DNA of 64,000 bases, from NCBI GenBank assembly GCA_965203175.1, contig OZ241867.1:6208001-6272000 (forward strand), written 5' to 3'. The position numbers and the translations under genes were made by a program. Shown in pieces: positions 52,881 through 63,046 of the stretch; within the stretch, counting starts at the first letter, position 1; the number at the start of each line of letters is the position of its first letter. Below the pieces are notes generated by a model. That model made no database searches and was not told where the DNA came from. It saw only the letters and a program-made list of their open reading frames with translations. The stretch comes from Candidatus Latescibacterota bacterium. Its GTDB lineage: Bacteria; Latescibacterota; UBA2968; UBA8231.

Positions 52881-53944
52881 AGGTCTGCCGCCAGCGCGTC
52901 CTGCTGCGATGCAAGAGCCAATTGCTCTATGAATTTCTCAAAATCGCCGTCGAGAATCTCTTCCAAGCGATAGAGGGACAATCCTATGCGGTGATCGGTA
53001 ACCCGGCCCTGAGGGAAGTTGTAGGTGCGAATTTTCGCGCTGCGGTCGCCGGAGCCGATCTGGCCGGCGCGGGCGGCGTCGCGCTCGGCCTTTTGCTCGG
53101 CCTGCAATTTGTCGTAGAGCCGAGCGCGCAGGACCTTCAATGCTTTGTTCTTGTTTTTTAGCTGCGACTTCTCGTCTTGGCAGGAGACGACAATGCCCGT
53201 TGGGACATGGGTGATTTTCACGGCCGAATCCGTGGTATTGACGCTCTGGCCGCCAGGCCCGCTAGAGCGGTACACTTCGATTTTCAAATCCTCGGAGGCG
53301 ATTTCCACCTCCACTTCCTCGGCTTCGGGCAAAACCGCTACTGAAGCCGCCGATGTGTGAATCCGGCCCGACGCCTCGGTTTTAGGAACCCGCTGCACGC
53401 GGTGCACCCCGCTCTCGAACTTGAGCTGACCAAAGGCGTCCGCGCCTGAAACCACAAACACCACTTCCTTAAAGCCACCGGCTGGATTCTGACTGGAGGA
53501 AAGCTCCTCGGTCTTCAAGCCCTTGCGCTCGGCGAAGCGGTGGTACATGCGGTATAGATCGCTGGCGAAAAGCCCGGCTTCGTCGCCGCCCGTGCCGGCG
53601 CGGATCTCGACGATGGCGTTGCGGCCGTCGTTGGGGTCCTTGGGAATCAGCAGCACTTTGAGTGTTTCTTCCAGCTGCGCCACTTTTTCCCGTAGTTGGT
53701 CGCGTTCGGCCGCGGCCAACTCGACTAGCTCTGCATCGCTGCCATCGGCGATAATCTCCTCGGCCTCTGCGAACTGTTCCAGCGCGGCGCGGTACTGGCC
53801 CGCTAAATCCACCACTTCCTGCAAGTCGCCCATTTCCCGCGCCAGCTTCTGGTACTGAGTCGGGTTTTGGCTGGTGGCCAGATCGGCCATAAGCGCGCTT
53901 AGCTCCTCGTAGCGCTGCTCGTATTCGTTCAACTTATCTAACAC
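52877..53944 (-). CDS. prfA: Peptide chain release factor 1
   Basis: PKT (PxT) motif, GGQ, RTYNFPQGRVTDHRI. Confidence 0.97.
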   Translation of the reverse strand: MLDKLNEYEQRYEELSALMADLATSQNPTQYQKLAREMGDLQEVVDLAGQYRAALEQFAEAEEIIADGSDAELVELAAAERDQLREKVAQLEETLKVLLIPKDPNDGRNAIVEIRAGTGGDEAGLFASDLYRMYHRFAERKGLKTEELSSSQNPAGGFKEVVFVVSGADAFGQLKFESGVHRVQRVPKTEASGRIHTSAASVAVLPEAEEVEVEIASEDLKIEVYRSSGPGGQSVNTTDSAVKITHVPTGIVVSCQDEKSQLKNKNKALKVLRARLYDKLQAEQKAERDAARAGQIGSGDRSAKIRTYNFPQGRVTDHRIGLSLYRLEEILDGDFEKFIEQLALASQQDALAADL

Positions 53945-54885
53945 GATGGGTTGGCCTCGACTTTTTCATCTAGGGCGCGGCGCAGTGCGTATAGGGCGAC
54001 CTCTAATTGGTCGTCATCCGGCTCACGGGTCGTAATGCGCTGCAACCACAGCCCCGGGGCACTCAGCAACCGGACCAGCGGGGCATTGCGCTTCTTGCCC
54101 GACAACTTGAGCAATTCAAAGCTCGTCCCCGCGATAAAAGGCAGAACCGCAAAATGGGTGGCAAAGCGCTCAAAAAGGCTCTGCGTGTGCCCAAAAACGA
54201 GCGGGAACAGCGAATCCACACAGGCGAAGATCAAGATCGCAAAAAGCACTACGATCAGCATGAAGCTGGTTCCACAGCGCGGATGCAGCCGACCGAAGCC
54301 CCGCGCGGTTGCCACCGTTAGCTCGGCACCGGCCTCTAAGGTGAAGATGCTTTTGTGCTCGGCACCGTGATATTGAAAGACTCGCTGGATTTCGCGCCAC
54401 TGACTTATCGCCCAAAGATAGAGGATCAAAAGCGTCGCCCGCACGGTACCGGCCACTAGGTTGAATTCGAGGGCATTCTCCTGCAAGCCGACAAGCTGGG
54501 CAGCTAACAGTGGTAAAAAAAAGAACAGTCCCACGCCCAGCCCCACGGAAAAAATCATCGTCGCCCACAAGGCCAATTGCTCCCGCCAACTCTCCTCCCG
54601 CTGCTCGACCTGCCCCTCTTCCTGGCTGGCGACGTCGGCCGAGAAATTGAGGGCCTTCAGCCCGATGAGCATCATTTCAAAAAAAGAGAGGGCACCGCGC
54701 AGTACGGGCAGACCCAACAGGCGATAGCGCTGCGCCAGAGGATCGTACGCTTCCTCGCGCACCACGATTTGGTGGTCAGCCGCTCGCACTGCGGTGACGA
54801 TTTTGCCGGGCACGCGCATCATGACCCCTTCGATGACGGCTTGGCCGCCGACGGGTAGATCTTGCGTGAGTTGTTCTCTGTCCAT
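53938..54885 (-). CDS. DUF1385 domain membrane protein
   Basis: GGQAVIEGVMMR, YHGAEHK, HPRCGTSF, LQRITTREP. Confidence 0.92.
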   Translation of the reverse strand: MDREQLTQDLPVGGQAVIEGVMMRVPGKIVTAVRAADHQIVVREEAYDPLAQRYRLLGLPVLRGALSFFEMMLIGLKALNFSADVASQEEGQVEQREESWREQLALWATMIFSVGLGVGLFFFLPLLAAQLVGLQENALEFNLVAGTVRATLLILYLWAISQWREIQRVFQYHGAEHKSIFTLEAGAELTVATARGFGRLHPRCGTSFMLIVVLFAILIFACVDSLFPLVFGHTQSLFERFATHFAVLPFIAGTSFELLKLSGKKRNAPLVRLLSAPGLWLQRITTREPDDDQLEVALYALRRALDEKVEANPSC

Positions 54886-54962
54886 GGACTTGCGTACACG
54901 AAAAAGGCGATACGATCGCCCTCAGGAGGGCGTCCTACCACCTCTTCGCGCGGAACGGATTG

Positions 54963-55223
54963 CTAGGCTTGCTGTTCGCTTGTGCCGTAGCGGCGATTGA
55001 ACTGGTCGATGCGCCCACCGCGATCCATGATCTGCTGGCGCTTGCCCGTGTAGAAAGGATGCGAAGCCGAGCTGATTTCGACCCGAATCACCGGATAGGA
55101 ATTCCCGTCTTCCCACTCCATCGTCTCTTCGGACTTCATCGTCGAACGCGACAGTATCTTGTAGTCACAGCTAGTGTCGAGAAAGATAACCGTTTGGTAC
55201 GGGGGATGCATGTCTTTTTGCAC
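54963..55223 (-). CDS. rpmE2: 50S ribosomal protein L31 type B
   Basis: [24 protein letters not shown]; 86 aa, no CxxC. Confidence 0.93.
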   Translation of the reverse strand: MQKDMHPPYQTVIFLDTSCDYKILSRSTMKSEETMEWEDGNSYPVIRVEISSASHPFYTGKRQQIMDRGGRIDQFNRRYGTSEQQA

Positions 55224-55307
55224 CTTTGCACTCCTCTGTTTTCTTGGCGGTGAAATTCGCTACCGAATCAATAAAAATAGAGGCTTGACGCTCAAAAAAC
55301 AAGGAAC

Positions 55308-56582
55308 CTAGTCGTTCATGGCCTTGAGGAATTCCTCGTTGGATTCCGTGCCCTGCATGCGTTCTTGGAGGAACTCCATGCCCTCAATGACTCCCATCTG
55401 ATTGAGTATGCGGCGCAGTACCCACGAGCGGTTCAATTCAAACTCCGTGAGCAGTAGCTCTTCTTTGCGGGTGCTCGTCGCCGTCACGTCAACGGCCGGA
55501 TAGACACGGCGGTTGCTCAGCCGGCGGTCTAGCTGCACCTGCATGTTGCCCGTGCCTTTGAACTCTTCAAAGATCACTTCGTCCATGCGGCTCCCAGTCT
55601 CAACCAAGGCCGTGGCGATAATCGTCAGGCTGCCGCCCTCTTCGAGGTTGCGGGCAGCGGCAAAAAAGCGGCGCGGCCACTGCAAAGCTGTTGAGTCAAC
55701 ACCGCCGGTGAGGATCCGGCCCGAGTGCGGCGTCACCGTATTGTAGGCCCGCGCCAAGCGCGTGATGCTGTCGAGCAACACGACCACATCTCGCTTGTGC
55801 TCGACTAGACGCCGGGCCTTTTCGATCACCATATCCGCTACCTGCACGTGCCGCGTAGCAGACTCGTCAAAGGTCGAACTGACGACTTCGCCCTGGACCG
55901 AACGCAGCATATCGGTGACTTCCTCAGGGCGCTCGTCGATGAGCAAGACGATGAGAATCGCTTCGGGATGGTTGGTGGTAATGGCGTTGGCGACCTTTTG
56001 CAGGAGCATAGTTTTGCCGGTGAAGGGCGGCGCTACGATTAGGCCGCGCTGTCCCTTGCCGATAGGCGAGAGCAAGTCGAGAATCCGCGTCGTCATGTCC
56101 TTGGGATTGTGCTCCAATCTGAAGCGATCCGTGGGATGTAAGGCCGTCAGGTTTTCGAAGATCGTCTTGTTTTTGGTGACTTCTGGATCGTCGAAGTTGA
56201 TCGCCTCGACTCGCAGCAACGCAAAGTATTTCTCGTCATTTTTGGGCGGGCGGATCTGACCAGAGATCGTGTCGCCCGTGCGCAGGCTAAACCGCTTAAT
56301 CTGCGAGTGGGAAACGTAAATATCGTCGGGGCCAGGCAAGTAGTTATAGCTTGGCGAGCGGAGGAAGCCGAACCCCTCTTCCAGCACCTCTAAAGTGCCT
56401 TGGGCAAAAATCAGCCCACTGCGCTCAGTCTGATGCTTGAGGATGGAAAAGATCAACTCCTGCTTGCGCAGAGAAGTGCTATCTACAACTTCCAATTTCT
56501 TGGCCAGCTCTTGGAGATCCAAGATATTCATGCGCTGGAGTTCGACAATATTCATTTTCTGCGTTCTATTGACAGGCGGCAT
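55308..56582 (-). CDS. rho: Transcription termination factor Rho
   Basis: [38 protein letters not shown]. Confidence 0.98.
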   Translation of the reverse strand: MPPVNRTQKMNIVELQRMNILDLQELAKKLEVVDSTSLRKQELIFSILKHQTERSGLIFAQGTLEVLEEGFGFLRSPSYNYLPGPDDIYVSHSQIKRFSLRTGDTISGQIRPPKNDEKYFALLRVEAINFDDPEVTKNKTIFENLTALHPTDRFRLEHNPKDMTTRILDLLSPIGKGQRGLIVAPPFTGKTMLLQKVANAITTNHPEAILIVLLIDERPEEVTDMLRSVQGEVVSSTFDESATRHVQVADMVIEKARRLVEHKRDVVVLLDSITRLARAYNTVTPHSGRILTGGVDSTALQWPRRFFAAARNLEEGGSLTIIATALVETGSRMDEVIFEEFKGTGNMQVQLDRRLSNRRVYPAVDVTATSTRKEELLLTEFELNRSWVLRRILNQMGVIEGMEFLQERMQGTESNEEFLKAMND

Positions 56583-56864
56583 CTCTTCCTTGCGACCTTT
56601 CTTGCGGTTAAAGTGCAGGAACTCGGAGCAGATATTTAGAATGCGCTGGGGCGCTAGAAGCGCCTAGTTATTGCGAGGATTGGATTGTTAAAAGCGGTAG
56701 TACCGCTAAGACACTAAAACCTGGGGTATGCCGAACCTTGACAAAATTCTTTAATCGCTACAGGAGGTCTATTGCGAGAGAATATCTAAAGGGAGAGTGG
56801 AAGTTCAAGCGGAATAAACCGCTGAGGTATTTACTTGGAAAAGGAGAGGTGCGAAAGAGACTAA

Positions 56865-56893
56865 AGAATACAGAGAACTTCTTTGTTTGTCAA
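56865..56893 (-). promoter_or_regulatory. Putative rho promoter
   Basis: TTGACA-17-TATTCT about 280 nt upstream of the ATG. Confidence 0.6.
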
Positions 56894-56901
56894 GGAGTAC
56901 T

Positions 56902-56951
56902 AAAAAAAAAACAAAAAATAGGACGCTCGCTCGTCGAGTGAGCGTCCTATT
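56902..56951 (-). terminator. Intrinsic terminator
   Basis: AATAGGACGCTC...GAGCGTCCTATT hairpin with a long T-tract on the minus strand. Confidence 0.85.
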
Positions 56952-56991
56952 CTCTGCGGCTTCGCGTTCCCTTATTGATCGACACCGACGG

Positions 56992-57669
56992 TCATCGCCG
57001 TCCGACCGTCCGGGCTAGATCTTCATTGGAAGCAAAAGGTGCGACAACACCTGTTTCGTTATCTCCGTCAAAGGCTCTTACGTCATAGACATAGGAAGCT
57101 CCACTGGCACTGGCAACGTCACCGTCGACGAATTCGGAGACACCCGACCCCAGCGTGGCGATCAGCTCTTCAGTGCCGTGTTCCTGAGTTGCGGTCTTGC
57201 CGAAATCATCGGCGAAACGGAGAAAATCATCGACGTCAATTTGGCCATTGGGCACTATGTCGAAGAACAACTCAAAATTCGCATCGGCATCGGAAGAGCC
57301 GTAGCGATCGGCTAAGAGAAAGAAGTCGTCGAAGTCAACCCTGTTCCCCTCGCGCGTAAACCAGCCGAGCACCACCTCGCCGCTATCGTCCACTGGCGGA
57401 AAGAAATCCGTGCGGTACACGCGATAGCCTTGTACATCACCTGTGGGCACCACCTGGCCACCAAAGGTCGTAAACGAACGAGCGTCATCTGTTGATAGCG
57501 CCCAAGAGAGCGACACGGATGAATCATCGCCGGCTGTGGCTTGTAGATTGGTCACAGGTGCAGGAGGAATATTATCGACGGAAGCTACGGGCCCGGTGGT
57601 GGTTAACTGAGCGGCCGCGGGAACAGCGCAAAAAGCGGCTAGCGCGACGATGCGGATATACTCTTTCAT
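56992..57669 (-). CDS. Secreted FN3-like protein with inserted dockerin/EF-hand-like repeats
   Basis: Signal peptide; PPAPVTNL, W-LS-DD, GYRVYR; VDFDDFFLLAD-YG and NGQIDVDDFLRFADDFG. Confidence 0.65.
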   Translation of the reverse strand: MKEYIRIVALAAFCAVPAAAQLTTTGPVASVDNIPPAPVTNLQATAGDDSSVSLSWALSTDDARSFTTFGGQVVPTGDVQGYRVYRTDFFPPVDDSGEVVLGWFTREGNRVDFDDFFLLADRYGSSDADANFELFFDIVPNGQIDVDDFLRFADDFGKTATQEHGTEELIATLGSGVSEFVDGDVASASGASYVYDVRAFDGDNETGVVAPFASNEDLARTVGRR

Positions 57670-57723
57670 CGAACTATACTCCTTGTGAAAAGATGAAATA
57701 CACAGCCATATTGCGGCCGGTAC

Positions 57724-58389
57724 TTACTCGTACAAATCGGCACCGAGATTATCGGCCCACAGGAAAAAATCCTCAAGATCGACCATGCCATTGCCATCCA
57801 TATCTGTAGCTGGATAGAAGTCGGCCTTGCCGAAGTTGGCTTGGAAAATGCTGTAGTCTAAAAGGTCCACATCGCCATCGTAGTCGAAGTCGCCAAGGAG
57901 CAACATGTTCTTGACTTCGGCGGACTCGATGGGAGCGCTCTCGTTGCCGCTTTCATCGACGACCGAAACCATATAAACATATCGCCTGCTCCCCGCGCTC
58001 ACGTCGATCGAGGCATCAACTAAGGACGTCACGCCGGTACCAACGGTGCCGACTATTGCCAAGCTGCCGGAGCCATCGGCGAAACGACGCCATATATTGT
58101 AACCAGCCACATCGTTGACTTCTCTAAAGGTGCCGCCCGTCGTAAAGTCGCTACTCGTCGGGACCTGGCGCACGCCATCGTCGTCGGACAAGGGCCAAGT
58201 GACGGTGATGCTCCTTCCACCTTCGTTGAATTCAGCCTGTACTGCGCCGACAGGACTAGGTGCAAGATCGTCTGTATCCGCCGTAGACCCAGAGACCGCC
58301 AACTGCGCTGCAGCCGGACTCGCGCACAGAAAAACGCCGAGTCCCAACAAGGCCAAACTCGCGATAGCTCCCTTTATGCCTTTCGACAT
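57724..58389 (-). CDS. Secreted FN3-like protein with C-terminal dockerin-like repeats
   Basis: Signal peptide; W-LS-DD, GYNIWR, DESGNES; GDFDYDGDVDLLD and DMDGNGMVDLEDFF. Confidence 0.65.
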   Translation of the reverse strand: MSKGIKGAIASLALLGLGVFLCASPAAAQLAVSGSTADTDDLAPSPVGAVQAEFNEGGRSITVTWPLSDDDGVRQVPTSSDFTTGGTFREVNDVAGYNIWRRFADGSGSLAIVGTVGTGVTSLVDASIDVSAGSRRYVYMVSVVDESGNESAPIESAEVKNMLLLGDFDYDGDVDLLDYSIFQANFGKADFYPATDMDGNGMVDLEDFFLWADNLGADLYE

Positions 58390-58537
58390 ATCTGATCTCC
58401 TCCTCTTAACTCAATGGGTCAAAATTCTGATTTGGCCCCAGTATAGGCCATAAATAAGCGTTTAACTTATCAATAATACCAACAGTTTGCTGTAAACTCA
58501 AGGAATTAACGCAAATTAGCGTCGCTAATTGACTTTC

Positions 58538-58566
58538 TTGACCCGGTTAATGGGCCGCCATATCTT
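58538..58566 (+). promoter_or_regulatory. Putative dnaG promoter
   Basis: TTGACC-17-TATCTT. Confidence 0.5.
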
Positions 58567-58610
58567 GCTCAATAGCGCTGTGAATATAGAGAAAAAGCCC
58601 CCTGCTAGCA

Positions 58611-60437
58611 ATGCCACGCATCCCCGAAGACATCCTCCAACGCATCCGCGACGCCACCGACATCGTCGACTTGATCTCCGAACACGTCCAGCTCGTCAAG
58701 AAGGGCCGCAACTACTCCGGCCTCTGCCCTTTTCACGACGAAAAAACCCCCTCTTTCAGCGTTGATCCCGACCGCCAATTCTACCACTGCTTCGGCTGTG
58801 GTGTCGGGGGCAATGTATTCAAGTTCGTCCAAGAGATCGACCGCGTCACTTTTGTCGAAGCAGTCAAATTCCTCGCCGAGCGCGCTGGCGTCGCTCTGCC
58901 CGAGCGTTCGGGGCCATCGCGCGAGGAGGCTGCAGCCGACGACGAACTCTACCGGGCCAACGACCTAGCGCAAAAGTACTTTCACCATCTGCTGCTTAAC
59001 GACGATGCCGGCGCTACTGCCCGCACGTATCTACAGACCCGTGGCCTCACAGGCGAAACCATCGCGCGCTTCGGCTTGGGCTACGCGCCGCCAGAGTGGG
59101 ACGCCTTGCTCAAAGTGGCCGGTCGCCGAGGCTTGAGTCCCCAGATCTTGGAGCGGGCGGGGTTGGCTCTGCCGCGCTCCACAGGCAGCGGCCACTACGA
59201 CCGCTTTCGCGACCGAGTCACCTTTCCCATTGCCAATCTCTCCGATCGAACCATCGCCTTCGGCGCCCGTGCCCTCCAGCCCGACCAAGAGCCTAAATAC
59301 CTGAACTCGCCCGAAACGCCCATCTACCACAAGGGCCGGGTGCTCTATGGGCTATCTATCACCCGCGACGCCATCCGCCGCCAGGATGCCGTACTAGTCG
59401 TCGAGGGCTACATGGATCTCATCAGCCTAGCACAGGCTGGTATCCAGCACGTAGTCGCCACCTCCGGCACGGCCCTGACCGAGGACCACGGCCGCCTGTT
59501 GGCCCGCTTTGCCCGCCAAGTAGTGCTGCTGTTCGACGGCGACGCAGCCGGTTCCACGGCCGCTATGCGAGCCTGCGAAGCTCTCTTAGGTACTGGCCTA
59601 GACGCCCGCGTCGTTTCGCTGCCCGCGGAGCACGATCCCGATACCTTCGTCCAAGAGCACGGCGCGGACGTGCTGCTCAAACGAGCCGAAAATGCCCAGT
59701 CAGTTCTCGATTTCTACCTCGAACAACTCGCCCAGCAGCACGATCTTTCCAGCGTCGAAGGCAAAGCGCGCGCCGTCGAAAGGCTCAAACCGCTCCTAGC
59801 TAAGCCCCGCGATGCGGTCCGCCGCGACCTGCTGCTGCGCGAAGTCGCAGAGCGTCTCTCGGTTGACGAGCAATCCCTGCGCCACGACCTGCAAGCCTCC
59901 ATGCGCCGCCCCCAACGACCGCACATGGCCGTTGCCGACGGACAGACGACCTCCTTGACCCTTACGGCCAGCCGAGCAGAAGGCCAGACGACGGCCTCGC
60001 CCGACCCGCCGCGTCACGAACTTGAATTCATGGGGCTGTTGCTCAACTTCCCGCAGCTCATACCCGAAACTGTCCGCGAATTCGCCCCCGATTCGCTAAG
60101 CGACGCCCGCATTCAGGCCCTGTGCCGCGCGCTCTTCGACCACCATGCCCACGGCAAAGCCATCGACCTTGGCATGATCATCAGCGAGCTAGAGGACGAC
60201 GCACTCGCACGCCTAGCCGCCCAATGCGCGGCCCAAGGTTTCGACGAGGAACAAGTCGAGCGGCAATGGCGTGACTATCTGCTTTACTTTCAGAAAAATG
60301 CGCTGCAAAAGCGCATCGACAATGCGCGGCAAGCCCTTGCAACGGCATCCGACGACAGCGAAATTGCCCGCATCAGCACCGAACTCGTCGCGCTCAACCA
60401 AGAGCGCCAAGCGGTCGCGGCCCAACAAAGCTCTTGA
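58611..60437 (+). CDS. dnaG: DNA primase
   Basis: CPFH-EKTPSF, CFGC, KYLNSPET, EGYMD, FDGDAAG, DPD. Confidence 0.97.
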   Translation: MPRIPEDILQRIRDATDIVDLISEHVQLVKKGRNYSGLCPFHDEKTPSFSVDPDRQFYHCFGCGVGGNVFKFVQEIDRVTFVEAVKFLAERAGVALPERSGPSREEAAADDELYRANDLAQKYFHHLLLNDDAGATARTYLQTRGLTGETIARFGLGYAPPEWDALLKVAGRRGLSPQILERAGLALPRSTGSGHYDRFRDRVTFPIANLSDRTIAFGARALQPDQEPKYLNSPETPIYHKGRVLYGLSITRDAIRRQDAVLVVEGYMDLISLAQAGIQHVVATSGTALTEDHGRLLARFARQVVLLFDGDAAGSTAAMRACEALLGTGLDARVVSLPAEHDPDTFVQEHGADVLLKRAENAQSVLDFYLEQLAQQHDLSSVEGKARAVERLKPLLAKPRDAVRRDLLLREVAERLSVDEQSLRHDLQASMRRPQRPHMAVADGQTTSLTLTASRAEGQTTASPDPPRHELEFMGLLLNFPQLIPETVREFAPDSLSDARIQALCRALFDHHAHGKAIDLGMIISELEDDALARLAAQCAAQGFDEEQVERQWRDYLLYFQKNALQKRIDNARQALATASDDSEIARISTELVALNQERQAVAAQQSS

Positions 60438-60476
60438 CCTACTTGGGAAAAATCCTAGGTTTTTAACTACTTTACG

Positions 60477-60553
<77 letters not shown>

Positions 60554-60619
60554 TTATTTTTTCACATGTGCGGTTACGAGGATTGGGCAGCCAATTTTTG
60601 TAGCCGTTTTTTATTTCTC

Positions 60620-62815
60620 ATGCAGAGCATTATAGCCGTCCTTCTATGGGCCACAGCCGCCTTGGGGCAAGAAGACGCCGACGTTGATCGCGCAGATTCG
60701 CGTTTTATGGCGACGGTGCTGGCGCGCCTCGCCCAGCGGGCCGATCCCATTGCCAACATCTATCTGAACCAAGCCCGCGTCGAGGGCCTCAGTTCCCTGC
60801 TGGGGCAACCGATGAGCGCGGTCAAGCGGCTGAACATGCGCCTGCGGATTGCCCAAGAGCGGGTGAGAGCCGGGGATTTGCGCGCGGGCATCGAAGAGAT
60901 GCAAGGCGTTCTGGTGGCCGTAGAGGCTGGGCAGGTACCGGCGACCGAGGGCTTCGTCTACATGCTGCACGACCAGCTCGCCATCGCCTATCTGCGCCTC
61001 GGAGAGCAGGAGAACTGCCTGCGCAACCACACCACGAATTCCTGCTTGCTGCCGATCCGCGACGACGGCGTCCACACCTTGCAGGAAGGCTCCCGCCGCG
61101 CCATCGAGCACTACACCATAAACCTGAACAAGCGCCCAAGTGACTTGGGGACGCGCTGGCTGTTGAACTTGGCGTATATGACCTTGGGCGAATACCCAGA
61201 AGGGGTGCCAAAGCCCTGGCGCATTCCCCCGCGTGTATTCGACGGCGACAGCGGCGGGATCCAGCGCTTCCGCGACGTGGCACCGGCGGCTGGAGTCGCG
61301 GCCGTTGGCCTAGCGGGCGGTAGCGCGGTCGAGGACTTCGACGGCGACGGTCTGCTCGATATCGCGGTCTCCTCGTGGGGACTGCGCGATCCGCTGCGCT
61401 ACTTCCACAACGAGGGCGACGGCACATTTACCGAAGCCACGACAGCGGCCGGGCTAGACGGTCAGATAGGGGGGATCAATCTCGAACAGGCCGACTACGA
61501 CAACGACGGCGACGTCGATCTGTTCGTTTTGCGCGGTGCCTGGATGGGGGAAGAGGGCCGCATGCCCAACTCTCTGTTGCGCAACAACGGCGACGGCAGC
61601 TTTGCGGACGTGACGCGGCGCGCTGGCTTGTTTTCCTTGCACCCGACCCACGCCGCGGCCTTTGCCGACTACGACAACGACGGCTGGTTGGATCTGTTCG
61701 TCGGCAATGAGTCCGGCAAGCAGCCCCACCCATGCCAGTTGTTTCGCAACCAAGGGGACGGCCGTTTTGTCGATGTGGCCCCCGCAGTCGGCGTCAATCA
61801 CGTGGGCTTTGTCAAGGGCGTTGCCTGGGGCGATATAGACAACGACGGTTTGATCGACCTATACGTATCTCAGTTTTACCGAGAAAACGTTCTCTACCGC
61901 AACCTCGGCGACACACCAGAGGGCTGGCGCTTTGCGGCAACGGTCGTCGCACCGGGGCCGAACGAGAGCTTTCCCACTTGGTTTTGGGACTACGACAACG
62001 ACGGCTGGCTCGACTTGTTTACCGGCGGCTACAACATGAACGACCTCGGCGATATGGCGCGCGCGTACCTCGGCGAGGAATTTGCCGCCGATCGCGCACA
62101 CGTGTATCGCAACGACGGCGACGGCACCTTCACCGAGGTCACCGAATCGCTGGGAAGCTTTGGGCAAGTCATACTAGCTATGGGTGCTAACTACGGCGAC
62201 TTGGACAACGATGGGTTTCCCGACTGCTACGTGGGCACCGGGATTCCCGATCTGCGCTCCCTCACGCCCAATCGCATGTTGCGCAACGACGGTGGCGCGC
62301 GGTTTTTGGACGTCACCACAACAGGCGGTTTTGGCAACGTACAGAAAGGGCACGGCGTATCCTTTGCAGACCTCGACAACGATGGAGACCAAGACGTCTT
62401 TGAGGTCATGGGCGGAGCCTTTGCAGGCGACCTCTACCAGAACGTGCTCTACGAAAATCCCGGACACGGCAATCGCTGGCTGCGGCTGTTTCCCCAAGGC
62501 GTGCAGTCGAACCGAGGTGCTATTGGCGGCCGCGTGCGCGTGCGCGTGCGGCAACCAGACGGCAGTACCCGCGACATCCACCACCTCATCGGCTCGGGCG
62601 GCAGCTTTGGGGCCAACCCGCTCGCGCCGCACCTCGGGCTGGGGGACGCCACGGAATTGGTCTTCGTGGAAATCACTTGGCCGGCGACCCATCAGGCGCA
62701 GCGCTGGCAGGGACTGAAGCTCGACCGAGCGTACCGCTTGCGCGAGGGCCACCCGTCGGCAACTGAAGTAGCCCTGACTAAATTCCACTTTGCCGCCGAG
62801 CACAACGGACATTGA
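60620..62815 (+). CDS. CRTAC1-family FG-GAP/VCBS repeat protein with ASPIC/UnbV domain
   Basis: Seven D-DNDG--DL repeats, NNGDG-F-DVT, SNRGAIGG-V-V, HLGLG, ITWP. Confidence 0.88.
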   Translation: MQSIIAVLLWATAALGQEDADVDRADSRFMATVLARLAQRADPIANIYLNQARVEGLSSLLGQPMSAVKRLNMRLRIAQERVRAGDLRAGIEEMQGVLVAVEAGQVPATEGFVYMLHDQLAIAYLRLGEQENCLRNHTTNSCLLPIRDDGVHTLQEGSRRAIEHYTINLNKRPSDLGTRWLLNLAYMTLGEYPEGVPKPWRIPPRVFDGDSGGIQRFRDVAPAAGVAAVGLAGGSAVEDFDGDGLLDIAVSSWGLRDPLRYFHNEGDGTFTEATTAAGLDGQIGGINLEQADYDNDGDVDLFVLRGAWMGEEGRMPNSLLRNNGDGSFADVTRRAGLFSLHPTHAAAFADYDNDGWLDLFVGNESGKQPHPCQLFRNQGDGRFVDVAPAVGVNHVGFVKGVAWGDIDNDGLIDLYVSQFYRENVLYRNLGDTPEGWRFAATVVAPGPNESFPTWFWDYDNDGWLDLFTGGYNMNDLGDMARAYLGEEFAADRAHVYRNDGDGTFTEVTESLGSFGQVILAMGANYGDLDNDGFPDCYVGTGIPDLRSLTPNRMLRNDGGARFLDVTTTGGFGNVQKGHGVSFADLDNDGDQDVFEVMGGAFAGDLYQNVLYENPGHGNRWLRLFPQGVQSNRGAIGGRVRVRVRQPDGSTRDIHHLIGSGGSFGANPLAPHLGLGDATELVFVEITWPATHQAQRWQGLKLDRAYRLREGHPSATEVALTKFHFAAEHNGH

Positions 62816-62852
62816 CTCCGTAGCCGTTGGAGGCTAATTTAAAAATGCTCTT

Positions 62853-62929
62853 GGGCGATTAGCTCAGTTGGTTAGAGCGCCGGTCTCACATACCGGAGGT
62901 CCGCAGTTCAAATCTGCGATTGCCCACCA
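62853..62929 (+). tRNA. tRNA-Val(CAC)
   Basis: GGGCGAT/ATTGCCC stem, CCGGT-CTCACAT-ACCGG arm, CCA end; upstream TTGACT-17-TAATTT. Confidence 0.96.
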
Positions 62930-62934
62930 TAAAT

Positions 62935-62980
62935 AAAGGCTGTGCAAAGCGCATCTCAGCTTCGCACAGCCTTTTTCTTT
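62935..62980 (+). terminator. Intrinsic terminator after tRNA-Val(CAC)
   Basis: AAAGGCTGTGC...GCACAGCCTTT followed by T-tract. Confidence 0.85.
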
Positions 62981-63046
62981 ATTCATATAAAAGGCACCTA
63001 TAAAAGACACCTACCCGAAGTAGGCACCTTTGTTCTCTAATCCGCG

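Noticed and set aside
62986-63030. Short tandem repeat TATAAAAG(G/A)CACC
   Set aside because: Only two to three degenerate copies, with no further context.
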